Below, piece by piece: positions 27,293 to 37,789 of a DNA stretch of 64,000 nt. Under the pieces are notes generated by a model, which did no database searches, had not been told where the DNA came from, and saw only the letters and a program-made list of their open reading frames with translations. The position numbers and the translations under genes are program-made. The DNA is from Deltaproteobacteria bacterium (lineage in GTDB: Bacteria; Desulfobacterota; Desulfomonilia; UBA1062), in contig DSBG01000042.1 of NCBI GenBank assembly GCA_011046135.1, forward strand, positions 10,184 to 74,183, given 5' to 3'. Position 1 is the first letter of the stretch. The number at the start of each line of letters is the position of its first letter.

Positions 27293-28789
27293 TTACACCC
27301 CGTACCGCACAGGCGGCATTTTGTAGGCTCTCCAGTAGAGGAATCCCAGCAGGAAGAGCCCCAGTATTCTCACCGAGACGGTGAAATCAAGGCCTGTGGG
27401 GACAATGGAAAACATGAACTGACCGCCTGTTGTAATCATGACAAGGGCCACGCTCAGAAGGATAATCCGCAGGACCCCTAAAGAGGTTTTATTTCCCGTA
27501 AAGGATCCAAGACCGGGAAGAAAGAGCTCGAGTCTTGAGGTTCTGGTGAAAAGGCTCTCGCGGTAGTGCTTAATTTCCTCAGCCTTGGCATGCATGAGTG
27601 CGTTCATCTGTTTTTTTGATTTTGTGTCGATCCAGTGACACTGGAGGCATATGGGCAATCCACCCTTGGATTCGGTCCCTGCATAGAAGCAATTCCCGCA
27701 TCGGTGGCAGCGTTTTGTGTACCTCTCTTCGCGGATGTGCCCCTGGATGAAGAGAAGGAGTATGATCCCAAGAACCAGGTAGATGCTCATATTCCTGGGA
27801 ATGATGCCGAAACCCATAGCCCAGAGGATGTCGGCAGTATACTTGAGCTCAGGGGAGGTACGCATCTGCCGGGAGAGCTGACGGGTAACGGGGACATGTT
27901 CGATGATATACCGCTTGATGGAGTCTTTGTTCTCGTTGTCAAGCAGCATCCGGACACCTTTAGCATTCAGATTGCTGGCTTTTTGTATGGCTTGTTCTGA
28001 GGCGGAAAGGTTGTACATTGACTGGTAGAGCCTGCTCAGGTTGTAGTAATAGAGCATGCTGTCGCTCTTCAAGGCGATAGCGTTCTGGAAGGCATGAATC
28101 GCATCTCTCGGTTTTTCCATGCCCGTGAGGGCGATACCGAGATGGTTGAAGTAGCGATGATTGGCTGGTTCAATGTCGATACTCCTGCCCAGCAGTCTCA
28201 CTGCATCTGTGTAGTTGCCGTTCCTGATCTCAAGGAGAGCCTTGGTGTTCATGGGTTCCGCGTCGGCTGGGTTATTCTGAATCCATGAAGTCAGAGACAG
28301 GATGTCTTTCTGGGTGGCGATATCGTATTCCACCGCAAAGAGTTCCTTGTTTACCTGGGTTTGTGCATAGGTGATCAACCCGGCACCCAGGAGCGAGAAC
28401 CAGCTTGAGAGAAAGACGAAGGATGTGAAGACGTAGACAATTCTCTTTTCCGAACGGAGCAGGTATCCCCAGAGGATGAGAAACCACCACAGGACAAAGA
28501 TCATAGGCCCTGCATCAAAAAAGATCGGGACGGCTAGAATGAGCGCTATCCATAATTTCAGCCCAACATCGGGTAATTCATTGTTGGAGATAGTCTTCAG
28601 ATCATGCAGAAAGAGAGGGGCATACTTGATGATCATGCAGATTCCGATAACAACAAAGGCGATGATTGTTGTCATGATCACCAAGAAATAACCATTTCCC
28701 AAGGCTGCGGCCACCGACGGCCAGTAGATTTCGAGATCTTTCAGCAGGTGTGAGGGGAGGTATCCCGTGAGGAGCGATGTCGATGCCAC
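27293..28789 (-). CDS. Membrane protein with TPRs and a CxxC...CxxC zinc-ribbon-like motif
   Basis: N- and C-terminal TM segments; TPRs (YFNHLGIAL, YYYNLSRLY); CHRC...CLQC. Confidence 0.75.
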   Translation of the reverse strand: MASTSLLTGYLPSHLLKDLEIYWPSVAAALGNGYFLVIMTTIIAFVVIGICMIIKYAPLFLHDLKTISNNELPDVGLKLWIALILAVPIFFDAGPMIFVLWWFLILWGYLLRSEKRIVYVFTSFVFLSSWFSLLGAGLITYAQTQVNKELFAVEYDIATQKDILSLTSWIQNNPADAEPMNTKALLEIRNGNYTDAVRLLGRSIDIEPANHRYFNHLGIALTGMEKPRDAIHAFQNAIALKSDSMLYYYNLSRLYQSMYNLSASEQAIQKASNLNAKGVRMLLDNENKDSIKRYIIEHVPVTRQLSRQMRTSPELKYTADILWAMGFGIIPRNMSIYLVLGIILLLFIQGHIREERYTKRCHRCGNCFYAGTESKGGLPICLQCHWIDTKSKKQMNALMHAKAEEIKHYRESLFTRTSRLELFLPGLGSFTGNKTSLGVLRIILLSVALVMITTGGQFMFSIVPTGLDFTVSVRILGLFLLGFLYWRAYKMPPVRYGV

Positions 28790-28790
28790 T

Positions 28791-29717
28791 TCATTTTTCC
28801 TCTCTGGTAAGGTTGTCCAGTTTTATCGCCAACGTTATTCGATAGACCCCATCGTCGCCCTCGATCTTCAGCCGAAGTGGCACACTGATGGCATTGACCG
28901 ATATGATCTCAGCCGGCTCGGTACCTACGATCTGGATGCGTCCTCCGGGCATCGACGCCATGCCGGGAAGTGGCGGTTCGACCTCATTCGGGAGCGTGAT
29001 CTGAGCATCATCTTTCACGGACTGATCGGCGGGGGTATGATCTTCTGGGGGGATCCTTCCTTCGGAGGCATACTCGTGTATGGGCTTGGGTTTTTCCTCT
29101 GGAGATTTCACCTGTCGCTGTTGCTTCCCACTTGTTCCCATTTCGATATGCTTGAGCACCATCTTGGTGATCTCTGTCAGTGTCTGCAGAACACCTTCTC
29201 CGGTTGTGGCAACCGACTCAGAATAGGAATATCCATCTGGATTCAAGATCTGGTTCATCTCTGGGACGGGAAGTACATCGGGAAGGTCCCGCTTGTTATA
29301 CTGTATAATGAGGGGGATGTTCTTGATGCTTTTCCCGTAGTAGTTGAGGTTTTCCTCGAGGTTGTTGAAGCTCTCGATGTTTTCTTCCATCTTGTCGCGT
29401 TGTGAGTCTGCAACAAATACAATACCGTCCACTCCCGTAAGGACGGCCCGTCGTGTGGAATTGTAGTAAACTTGTCCTGGAACGGTATAGAAATGGAGAC
29501 GAGTTTTGAATCCACGGATATTGGCAATCTCGATGGGAAGAAAATCGAAGAACAGCGTACGGTCTGCTTCGGTTGCCAAGGAGACAAGCTTTCCCTTTTG
29601 GTCAGGTTTTATGCTTGCATAGATGGACTGGATGTTGGTCGTTTTTCCACACAGTGAAGGACCGTAGTACACGATCTTCGCAGAGATTTCTTTTTTCGAA
29701 TAATTGATGACGGCCAT
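28791..29717 (-). CDS. mglA: MglA-family small GTPase with about 110-aa C-terminal extension
   Basis: Start MAVINYSKKEI (ATG 29717); KIVYYGPSLCGKTTN, DRTLFFDF, TVPGQVYY, DGIVFVADS, NKRD. Confidence 0.88.
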   Translation of the reverse strand: MAVINYSKKEISAKIVYYGPSLCGKTTNIQSIYASIKPDQKGKLVSLATEADRTLFFDFLPIEIANIRGFKTRLHFYTVPGQVYYNSTRRAVLTGVDGIVFVADSQRDKMEENIESFNNLEENLNYYGKSIKNIPLIIQYNKRDLPDVLPVPEMNQILNPDGYSYSESVATTGEGVLQTLTEITKMVLKHIEMGTSGKQQRQVKSPEEKPKPIHEYASEGRIPPEDHTPADQSVKDDAQITLPNEVEPPLPGMASMPGGRIQIVGTEPAEIISVNAISVPLRLKIEGDDGVYRITLAIKLDNLTREEK

Positions 29718-29718
29718 G

Positions 29719-30741
29719 TTATCCTCCACCAGCCAGTCGCACGATTTCGAGCTCCACATCTTTAAAATCTTTGTGTTCTTTTTGTATCTCACGGAACACT
29801 GACAGCGCATTTTGGTTATCACCGAGGGCCTTGTAGGTCTGCGCGATTTCGTAGAGAATCCCTATCTTCATGACTGTGGAGGCTTCATCCAGGGTTGCCC
29901 CGTCTTTCAGGGCCTGAAGAGATTCCGTGAAGAGGCCTTTTTCCCGATACGTGATGCCCAGCATGATGTAGGCATCGAAAAGCCTCTGACCAGTGGCAAC
30001 CACCCGTTTGAAGGAATCGATGGCCTCATCCAGAAGGCCTGTTTCTCGGTAGGCCAGCCCCATATTGTAAAGAAACAGGGGATCCTCCCTCCCTTCCTCC
30101 AGGGCGCTTTCTTCTATCGCCCTGAAAACCGACTCGACACCGGTGGTGTCTTCCTGTTCTTGAAAAGATTCGTCAAGACCGAGATCCTCAATCTCGATAT
30201 CCAGTTCCTCGTTCAGATCGTAAAAGTCCGTTTTCTCCACAACAGGGGCTTTTCCCATGTTGGGCAACGGCTCTGTCATATCCTTTTCGCGAACAGCAAA
30301 GCTCCTGACTTTCTTATTGATCTGTGCATGAGCAGGATCGAGCTCGGCCGCTTTCTGCATATACACAATCGCAGACTCACTCTGGCCGCTTTTCTCCAGG
30401 ATCTCCGAGAGCTTGATGTACTGTGTCGCTGCCTCTCGAGCAAATCCCTGGACCTGATAGAGATCTGCGAGTTTTTCATAGGGGGTCTCCCATCCAGGGT
30501 TGATCTTGAGCGACTGTTTGTACAGGGCAATCGCTTTGGGATAGAACCCCTTGCCGCTATAGGTATCACCGAGTCTGACGTAGACTTCAGAAGCGTAATC
30601 GAGCTTGTTTGCCTTGAGATAGAGGTCGCCGAGCTTCTTCAGCAGCACTGTATCGTTTGGTCGTTTTTCCAGTGCTTTCTCACAGGCTAGAATCTCTTTG
30701 GAGGATTTTTTCCTCCCGAACAGACTCCCGAATAGGCTCAT
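29719..30741 (-). CDS. TPR protein (N- and C-terminal TPR blocks with an acidic linker)
   Basis: Start MSLFGSLFG (ATG 30741); GFYPKAIALYKQSL; LYNMGLAYRETGLLDEAIDSF; ILYEIAQTYKALG. Confidence 0.85.
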   Translation of the reverse strand: MSLFGSLFGRKKSSKEILACEKALEKRPNDTVLLKKLGDLYLKANKLDYASEVYVRLGDTYSGKGFYPKAIALYKQSLKINPGWETPYEKLADLYQVQGFAREAATQYIKLSEILEKSGQSESAIVYMQKAAELDPAHAQINKKVRSFAVREKDMTEPLPNMGKAPVVEKTDFYDLNEELDIEIEDLGLDESFQEQEDTTGVESVFRAIEESALEEGREDPLFLYNMGLAYRETGLLDEAIDSFKRVVATGQRLFDAYIMLGITYREKGLFTESLQALKDGATLDEASTVMKIGILYEIAQTYKALGDNQNALSVFREIQKEHKDFKDVELEIVRLAGGG

Positions 30742-30873
30742 CTTCCGATACCTTTCATAGTAAGATGCATCCCCTGGGTGCTCCTCATTACATGGTTCAT
30801 CGGTGCTCTGATATACAAACTTTAACTGTATTGTGAAACAAAAATCAACGTCTGACGCCAGGAAAACCCTTGC

Positions 30874-30902
30874 TTGACAAGTTCTCCGAGCTGATCGATT
30901 AT
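30874..30902 (+). promoter_or_regulatory. Sigma-70-like promoter
   Basis: TTGACA-N17-GATTAT upstream of 30936. Confidence 0.45.
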
Positions 30903-30935
30903 GATGGCCTAGTCCCGGCATGAAAGGATGTTTAT

Positions 30936-31301
30936 ATGGGCATGGAATATGTACACCCCGTTCTGAATGAGGAAGTCAATGCAATCGGGGGGTTTTATGT
31001 AATAACGAAAAAGGACACGCTTCCCCATCCACAGGGGGAAATCCTCTATCTCGTCGGTCATGCAGTGACAGACACATCCTGCTGTGGCCTGGGCGGGTGC
31101 GGGTATGCTGTAGTACCCGGGCACATCATCTCTTTTCACGCCGGATCCACAGAGGATGAGCGGGTCATTTCTCTCGTCGAACCTGTTGAAACAACACTTT
31201 TTTCTGAGATCGCATCGGAAATTGCGCGCAAGGAAGGAGTGACGCAGGTTCACTTTCTCCTTTCCTCCGGAGAAAAGAGGGTGCTCTATGCCGAACCGTG
31301 A
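30936..31301 (+). CDS. Hypothetical Cys-cluster protein (DTSCCGxGGC)
   Basis: AAAGGA RBS, clean ORF filling the gap before the ABC ATPases, clustered Cys motif. Confidence 0.8.
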   Translation: MGMEYVHPVLNEEVNAIGGFYVITKKDTLPHPQGEILYLVGHAVTDTSCCGLGGCGYAVVPGHIISFHAGSTEDERVISLVEPVETTLFSEIASEIARKEGVTQVHFLLSSGEKRVLYAEP

Positions 31302-31352
31302 TCGTCGGGAATGCCGTAATATCCAGGAAAAGAGAAGTTCTCGCACTCCGGG

Positions 31353-32411
31353 ATGACTCAAGAGAGGGAAATGGATACTGAAAAACAGGACGCAGTCACC
31401 CACGCCCCAGTCAGTCAGGATACCGGCAATGGGGATCTGCTTATTATAGAAGACCTTCATACCCATTTCTTTACCCATGATGGAATCGTCCGTGCTCTGG
31501 ACGGTATAGATCTGGTGCTCAAAAGCGGAAAAACCCTGGGTATTGTTGGTGAATCCGGATGTGGAAAGACCGTTCTTGCGCTCTCTATCCTCAGGCTCAT
31601 CCCAAATCCTCCAGGCAGGATCGTGAAGGGCTCGATACGATTTCAGGGACGAGACCTCTTGACCCTCACAGAACGCGAGATACGTCAGATCCGTGGAAAC
31701 AGCATATCCATGATCTTCCAGGAGCCGATGACCTCCCTCAACCCGGTCTTCACCATAGGATCTCAGCTCGCTGAGGTGGTGACTCTCCACCAAAAGAGGC
31801 GTGCAGGGACGAAAGCACAGGCAAGAGAGGTGGCTATCGATATGTTGAAAAAGGTTGGCATTCCTTCTCCTGAGAAGAGAGTTAGAGATTATCCCCATCA
31901 ACTCAGTGGAGGAATGTGCCAGCGTGTCATGATTGCCATGGCATTGGCATGTCAGCCGATGCTCATGATCGCGGACGAACCGACAACGGCCCTGGATGTG
32001 ACCACACAGGCTCAGATACTGCGTCTCATGAATACCCTCAAAGAAGAGACTGGAACGTCGATCATCATGGTGACCCACGATCTCGGCATCGTTGCGCAGA
32101 CATGCCAGGATGTGGCTGTCATGTACACCGGACACGTCGTGGAACACGCCGGGGTTGAGGCCATCTTTTCGTGCCCCCTGCATCCGTATACAAAAGGGCT
32201 CATGCAATCCATTCCCCGCATGGGAGAAAAGGTTCGGGGAACAAGGCTCTATGCCATACCCGGGAACGTTCCCACGGCGCGGAACATGCCGAAAGGCTGC
32301 TCCTTCAATACCAGGTGTCCCGAGGTCATGGAGATCTGTCGACAGGAAACTCCACCCCCCTTCAGGCCCGAACCTCTTCACCTTGTCCGGTGCTGGAGGT
32401 ATGCTCCGTGA
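31353..32411 (+). CDS. Oligopeptide/dipeptide ABC transporter ATPase (DppD/OppD-like)
   Basis: [27 protein letters not shown]; C-terminal 4-Cys oligo_HPY region. Confidence 0.95.
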   Translation: MTQEREMDTEKQDAVTHAPVSQDTGNGDLLIIEDLHTHFFTHDGIVRALDGIDLVLKSGKTLGIVGESGCGKTVLALSILRLIPNPPGRIVKGSIRFQGRDLLTLTEREIRQIRGNSISMIFQEPMTSLNPVFTIGSQLAEVVTLHQKRRAGTKAQAREVAIDMLKKVGIPSPEKRVRDYPHQLSGGMCQRVMIAMALACQPMLMIADEPTTALDVTTQAQILRLMNTLKEETGTSIIMVTHDLGIVAQTCQDVAVMYTGHVVEHAGVEAIFSCPLHPYTKGLMQSIPRMGEKVRGTRLYAIPGNVPTARNMPKGCSFNTRCPEVMEICRQETPPPFRPEPLHLVRCWRYAP

Positions 32412-33382
32412 ATGATCGTCTGCTTGAAGTAAGGGGACTGAAGAAGGCGTTTCTCTTGAAATCCGGGGTCTTCGGCAAGTCTACCGGCCTGATCCCGGCA
32501 GTGGATGGTGTCGATCTGGATGTTTCTGCCGACGAGACCCTGGGGCTGGTGGGTGAATCAGGGTGTGGAAAGACCACCCTCGCAAAGCTGGTTCTCATGC
32601 TGGAAAAACCCGATGCAGGAACGATTGTGTTCGAGGGAAAAGACCTCAGGAAAGCCCGGGGAAAAGATCTCAGGAAAATCCGCAAGGGGATGCAGGTGAT
32701 CTTTCAGGATCCGTTCGGTTCCTTGAATCCGAGGAAAAGAGTGGCGTCCATCATTGCAGAGCCCATGATCATTCATACCATGGGGTCGAAGAAGGACATT
32801 GCGCGCAGGACGGTTGACCTCATGGAAATGGTGGGGCTGAGTGAAGACATGCTTTCCCGGTATCCCCATGAATTCTCGGGGGGTCAGAGACAGAGGATCT
32901 GCATAGCAAGAGCACTTTCCGTCAATCCGCGACTCCTGATCTGCGATGAACCTGTTTCTGCCCTCGATGTTTCAATTCAGGCACAGGTGATCAATCTCCT
33001 GGTGGATCTCCAGGAGAAACTCAGGCTGTCATATATCTTCATATCACACGATCTCGCAGTCGTCGGATACCTTTCCCACCGCATAGCAGTGATGTTCCGT
33101 GGCAGAATCGTTGAGCTTTCCGATGCGCATACCCTGTTTGCCTCGCCACAACATCCCTATACGAGGTGTCTCATGGAGTCGGTTCCCGAACCTTCACCCC
33201 AGAGAACAATCCGAAAAAACCACGTCACCGGTAATCTCCTGGAAACTAACGGGGATGATCTTCAGAAAGGATGTCCGTATTCGCCTGCATGTCCCTGGGC
33301 TGATGGACAGTGTATTGCAGAAACCCCGGAACTTGTTGAGAGGAATACCGGACATTTCGTGTCGTGCCACAGACATCGGTGA
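32408..33382 (+). CDS. Oligopeptide/dipeptide ABC transporter ATPase (DppF/OppF-like)
   Basis: GTG start 32408 overlapping upstream TGA; [27 protein letters not shown]; C-terminal 4 Cys. Confidence 0.95.
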   Translation: MNDRLLEVRGLKKAFLLKSGVFGKSTGLIPAVDGVDLDVSADETLGLVGESGCGKTTLAKLVLMLEKPDAGTIVFEGKDLRKARGKDLRKIRKGMQVIFQDPFGSLNPRKRVASIIAEPMIIHTMGSKKDIARRTVDLMEMVGLSEDMLSRYPHEFSGGQRQRICIARALSVNPRLLICDEPVSALDVSIQAQVINLLVDLQEKLRLSYIFISHDLAVVGYLSHRIAVMFRGRIVELSDAHTLFASPQHPYTRCLMESVPEPSPQRTIRKNHVTGNLLETNGDDLQKGCPYSPACPWADGQCIAETPELVERNTGHFVSCHRHR

Positions 33383-33420
33383 GTCTTCCGTGGATGGAAG
33401 AGGGTTTCATGGAAAATCCC

Positions 33421-33449
33421 TTGACATATGAGAGAAGCCTCGTTATAGA
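33421..33449 (+). promoter_or_regulatory. Sigma-70 promoter of rpsT
   Basis: TTGACA-N17-TATAGA. Confidence 0.55.
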
Positions 33450-33491
33450 AAATCACCCGGAAAGAAACGTGGGGAGGAGGAACGACAGACA

Positions 33492-33758
33492 ATGGCAAAT
33501 CATCCTTCTGCCTTGAAGAGGCAGAAACAGAGTGCAAAGAAACGGCTGCGGAACAAAAGCTACAAATCAGCCATCAATACGTCCATGAAAAAGATTTTCT
33601 CCGCCCTCGAAGAGAAAGATACCACGGAAGCAGCTCTTAACTTTCAGCTCACTGTTGCAAAGCTGGACAGCGCAGTAAACAAGGGTATCCTCCACAGAAA
33701 CACAGCATCCCGGAAAATATCGAAGCTTACCAGAAAATATCACGCATCAGTATCCTAG
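33492..33758 (+). CDS. rpsT: 30S ribosomal protein S20
   Basis: MANHPSALKR...KGILHRNTASRKISKL. Confidence 0.98.
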   Translation: MANHPSALKRQKQSAKKRLRNKSYKSAINTSMKKIFSALEEKDTTEAALNFQLTVAKLDSAVNKGILHRNTASRKISKLTRKYHASVS

Positions 33759-33774
33759 AGCCCTTCTGTCTTGC

Positions 33775-34743
33775 TCAGCCTCGCTTAGATCTTCTCGGAG
33801 AGAGAAATTTTCCGAGGGTTTCACACAGTGACACATAAGGTTGCACGCTCATGCCCGTTTTGACCCGGTGCTCCATCTGCCTGATGTCGTGAAGAAGAGA
33901 CCTGAGTTGTAAACTACTCAGCGTTCCTTTTCTGGTGAGGATTTTCTTCTCCACGAACGGGTGAATATCGGCTTTTTTCTCTTTATTCCCGAACAGGAGC
34001 CTGTAGTGGAGAATCGTCTGGTTTGCGATACGCTTGATGATCTCGAGTTCAGGAACGCCTGAGGATTCAATCTCGTAGAGTCTGAACAGGGTATCCTTTT
34101 TCCTGTCGAATAAGGAGTCCATGAAGGTGAAGATCGATGGTTCCTGGGACCTCACCACGAGATCTTCCACATCTGAAAGCTCGAGGGTGGGGCGAGATCC
34201 TGCATAGAGGCTCAATTTTTCGATTTCCGCGGCCATGAACCAGAGGTTTGATCCGGTAACCTCGTTGAGAAGGTATGCCGCATCGCGATCGATCTCCTTT
34301 CCGTGTCGCCGTGATCGGGCCTGTATCCATGTGATGAGATCACGTCCCTTCAGCGGTTCGAAAACCATGATCTCACCATGGTGTGAGACGGCTTTCCTGA
34401 TCTCCTGGGGGATCTTGTCTCCCTCCACCGTGAGAATCAGTGTGGTTGATGGAGACGGATCGTGGAGATAATCGATGAGTTGTTGGAGATGCTTTACCGG
34501 TATCTTGTGGATATTCCTGACCACGATGATTCTGCGTTCGCCCAGAAAAGGGAGGGTGTTGCACAGCGCAACGATATCATCAAGATTTACAGAATCGTCA
34601 CAGTTGTACGACGCATAGTTTATCGTTTCATGTTCTCTCAGTTCCAGGCGAAGCTCCGCGAGTTTTTCTTCAATGAGATACACCTCTGCTCCGGCCAGCA
34701 GAACGATCATTTTATCCAGGTAAAGAGGGTTTTTTGTATTCAT
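33775..34743 (-). CDS. holA: DNA polymerase III delta subunit
   Basis: CNTLPFLGERRIIVV, EIEKLSLY; leuS-lptE-holA synteny. Confidence 0.9.
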   Translation of the reverse strand: MNTKNPLYLDKMIVLLAGAEVYLIEEKLAELRLELREHETINYASYNCDDSVNLDDIVALCNTLPFLGERRIIVVRNIHKIPVKHLQQLIDYLHDPSPSTTLILTVEGDKIPQEIRKAVSHHGEIMVFEPLKGRDLITWIQARSRRHGKEIDRDAAYLLNEVTGSNLWFMAAEIEKLSLYAGSRPTLELSDVEDLVVRSQEPSIFTFMDSLFDRKKDTLFRLYEIESSGVPELEIIKRIANQTILHYRLLFGNKEKKADIHPFVEKKILTRKGTLSSLQLRSLLHDIRQMEHRVKTGMSVQPYVSLCETLGKFLSPRRSKRG

Positions 34744-35216
34744 AGCTCCAGGGAAGCGATGGTTCGTGCGATCTGTTGGGAGATCGCTCTGCAGGCTTCT
34801 TCAAGGGCGTCTTCTTCCTGCCCTCCCTCCAGGTACGTTCCTTCATCGGTAAAGCGAGACCTCCACAGAGAGGTCCCCCCGCGATCACTGAGTTCCGCGA
34901 TGACAGTTATCAAGAGGCGGTAACGATCTGTCTGGCCAAGGGCCGCTGCGGTTATCCTTTCCCGGTCGCTGGATACCAGAGTGCATCGGAGAACAGGGAG
35001 TTCTTCTTCCGAAGACGAGAGGAGTCCCAGGGATGCCAGGGCTGTTTCAAGCTGTGAATTGAGGATCATTCCTGCCTCGATCAGATTTGTCCTGTTTTCA
35101 CTCGAGACAAGAGAAACCCTCGGCGAAGCTGTGTTCTGATCAAGAACAAAACTGTACGGGCAGGCAGCAAGACTACTGAGAGACAGCAATAATATTGACA
35201 ATCTTATTTTTGACAT
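34740..35216 (-). CDS. lptE: LptE-like lipoprotein
   Basis: Lipobox-like LAA-C; position between leuS and holA; length. Confidence 0.7.
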   Translation of the reverse strand: MSKIRLSILLLSLSSLAACPYSFVLDQNTASPRVSLVSSENRTNLIEAGMILNSQLETALASLGLLSSSEEELPVLRCTLVSSDRERITAAALGQTDRYRLLITVIAELSDRGGTSLWRSRFTDEGTYLEGGQEEDALEEACRAISQQIARTIASLEL

Positions 35217-37659
35217 AGATGACCTTCTTGATCAAGGAGCCCTCAATAAATCTCTGGACATTGGAATCCACAAGGGCTTTCTGCTCAACCAGTGCCTGCT
35301 CGGCATCCATGGGAACTGTTGCGGTGGCGCGAAGTTTCCCGTTCACCTGTACGGCTATGGTCACCTCCTTGTGTTCACACCATTTCGGATCATAGCTGGG
35401 CCAGGGTGCATCAAAGAGCTGCCCCTCTCTGCCGAGGATTGACCAGATCTCGTCAGCAATGTGGGGTACAAATGGGGAGAGCATGGTGATCAGCGAGTCG
35501 ATGGCCTCTCTGGCAACGGCAAACTCCTGAGGTTCCGTCAGGCTTTCCTTCAGTCGATAGAGTTCATTGACCAGTTCCATCATGGCGGCGATTGCCGTAT
35601 TGAAGTGGAATCTCTTCTCGATGTCTTCAGTCACCTTCCTGATGGTCTGATGAGTTTTCCTCTTGAGGTTGTGGAGGTGATCGGGAACATCGACGGAGTC
35701 AGTATCAGGAGAGCTGAGCTGATCTTTCATGTCCATGATCAGCCTCCAGAATCTGCTGAGGAATCGGAAGGCTCCCTCGATCCCTTTGTCCGACCAGTCC
35801 ATGTCCTTTTCGGGCGGGGCGGCAAACAGGCAGAAGAGGCGCGTTGCGTCGGCCCCGTAGTCTTGTATCAGCGCTTCGGGGTCAACCACATTTCCCTTTG
35901 ATTTTGACATCTTGGCGCCGTCTTTAATGACCATACCCTGTGTAAGGAGTCTGTCGAAGGGTTCGTCAATCTCGACATACCCGAGATCCTTTAGGACCAT
36001 GGTGAAGAACCTCGCATAGAGGAGGTGAAGGATCGCGTGTTCTATTCCTCCGATATACTGGTCCACCGGCATCCAGTAGGATGCATCCGAACTCTCGAAA
36101 GGCCGCTCTGTGGGATTTACGCTGCAGTAGCGGATGAAATACCAGGAGGATTCCACGAAGGTATCCATGGTGTCGGTCTCCCGTTTCGCAGGTCCACTGC
36201 ATTGTGGGCAGGCGGTGTTCACGAACGATTCCACCTGTACGATTGGTGATATGCTGGTACCGGAGAAGGCAACATCTTCTGGAAGCAGAATCGGAAGATC
36301 CTCCCGTTTCACCGGGACTGTTCCACAGCGGGGGCAGTGGACCATGGGTATGGGAGCTCCCCAGTATCTCTGTCTCGAGATCCCCCAGTCCCTCAATCGG
36401 AAATTTATTGTGGGAGAACCTCTGTCGAGGTCCATGAGGTGGGAGGTGATTTGCTCGATGGCATCCACTGAATCGATGCCGGTGAAGCTGCCTGAATTGA
36501 CGAGCGTTCCTTGTCCCTCGTATGCGGATTCCATGGTCTCGCCATCGAGGTGTTCCCCTGGCGGCTGGATTACCACGATGATCGTGAGCCCGTACTTCTT
36601 GGCAAACTCGAAGTCTCTCTGATCGTGCGCGGGAACAGCCATCACCGCTCCGGTACCGTAGTCGTACAGGACGAAATTAGCCACATAGATGGGCATTCTG
36701 AATCCGGTGAGCGGATTGATGCAGTACTTACCGGTGAACACGCCTTCCTTCTCATACAGGTCAGAAGTCCGGGTGAGCTTGTCTTCCTTCAGTGTTTTTT
36801 CCACAAAGGCCGAAAGATCTCCTTCTCTGGATGTTCCCCGCGCAAGGCTCTTGACGAGGGGATGTTCCGGGGCAAGGCTCATGAAGGTTGCTCCATAGAG
36901 CGTGTCCGGTCTTGTGGTGAAGACCTCGATGTCCTGATCCATATCCTCGATCTGGAACCGGATGAGGGTTCCGGTGCTTCTCCCTATCCAGTTTCGCTGC
37001 ATGGTGAGTACCCGCTCGGGCCAGCCCTCTTTGAGTCTTTCGATGTTGTCCAGGAGTTTCTGGGCATAGTGAGTTATCCTGAAAAACCACTGATCATGCT
37101 CCTTCAGAAATACCTGAGAGCCGCACCGCCAGCACAGACCTCCCTCAACCTGTTCGTTTGCAAGGACTGTCTTGCAGCTGTCACACCAATTCAGGAAGGT
37201 TCTGTCACGATATACAAGGCCTTTCTCATACATCTGTATGAAAAAAAGCTGTTCCCACTTGTAATACTCCGAATCGCACGTGGCGAATTCTCTGTCCCAG
37301 TCATAGCTGAAGCCCATCCTCTTCAGCTGGGTTTTCATGTACGCGATATTCTCTTCAGTCCATGTCTTTGGGTGGATACCGCTTGCAATAGCAGCGTTTT
37401 CAGCAGGCATGCCGAAGGCGTCCCATCCCATGGGATGGAGCACATTGAAGCCCTGCATTTTCTTGAACCTGGCCACGACGTCGCCGATGGTGTAGTTTCT
37501 GACATGTCCCATGTGGATTCGACCGGACGGATACGGAAACATCTCGAGCAAATAGTATTTTTCTCTCTCTGAATTCGCGTGAACCTTGAATATATATTCG
37601 CTTTCCCACTTCTTCTGCCATTTGAGTTCAATTTCCTGAGGATTGTATTCAGTACCCAT
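35173..37659 (-). CDS. leuS: Leucyl-tRNA synthetase
   Basis: [13 protein letters not shown] (HIGH), [27 protein letters not shown]. Confidence 0.99.
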   Translation of the reverse strand: MGTEYNPQEIELKWQKKWESEYIFKVHANSEREKYYLLEMFPYPSGRIHMGHVRNYTIGDVVARFKKMQGFNVLHPMGWDAFGMPAENAAIASGIHPKTWTEENIAYMKTQLKRMGFSYDWDREFATCDSEYYKWEQLFFIQMYEKGLVYRDRTFLNWCDSCKTVLANEQVEGGLCWRCGSQVFLKEHDQWFFRITHYAQKLLDNIERLKEGWPERVLTMQRNWIGRSTGTLIRFQIEDMDQDIEVFTTRPDTLYGATFMSLAPEHPLVKSLARGTSREGDLSAFVEKTLKEDKLTRTSDLYEKEGVFTGKYCINPLTGFRMPIYVANFVLYDYGTGAVMAVPAHDQRDFEFAKKYGLTIIVVIQPPGEHLDGETMESAYEGQGTLVNSGSFTGIDSVDAIEQITSHLMDLDRGSPTINFRLRDWGISRQRYWGAPIPMVHCPRCGTVPVKREDLPILLPEDVAFSGTSISPIVQVESFVNTACPQCSGPAKRETDTMDTFVESSWYFIRYCSVNPTERPFESSDASYWMPVDQYIGGIEHAILHLLYARFFTMVLKDLGYVEIDEPFDRLLTQGMVIKDGAKMSKSKGNVVDPEALIQDYGADATRLFCLFAAPPEKDMDWSDKGIEGAFRFLSRFWRLIMDMKDQLSSPDTDSVDVPDHLHNLKRKTHQTIRKVTEDIEKRFHFNTAIAAMMELVNELYRLKESLTEPQEFAVAREAIDSLITMLSPFVPHIADEIWSILGREGQLFDAPWPSYDPKWCEHKEVTIAVQVNGKLRATATVPMDAEQALVEQKALVDSNVQRFIEGSLIKKVIYVKNKIVNIIAVSQ

Positions 37660-37789
37660 CTCTTCCTCCAGCGCTATGATGGCTGCTTCATTATCACAGA
37701 GGTATCATCGAGTCCAGTGGCGAAGGGACCACGGGTACACCCGGGGATTTCCCTTGCAATTGGATTCTATTGATAGGTATGTTTGGCCT

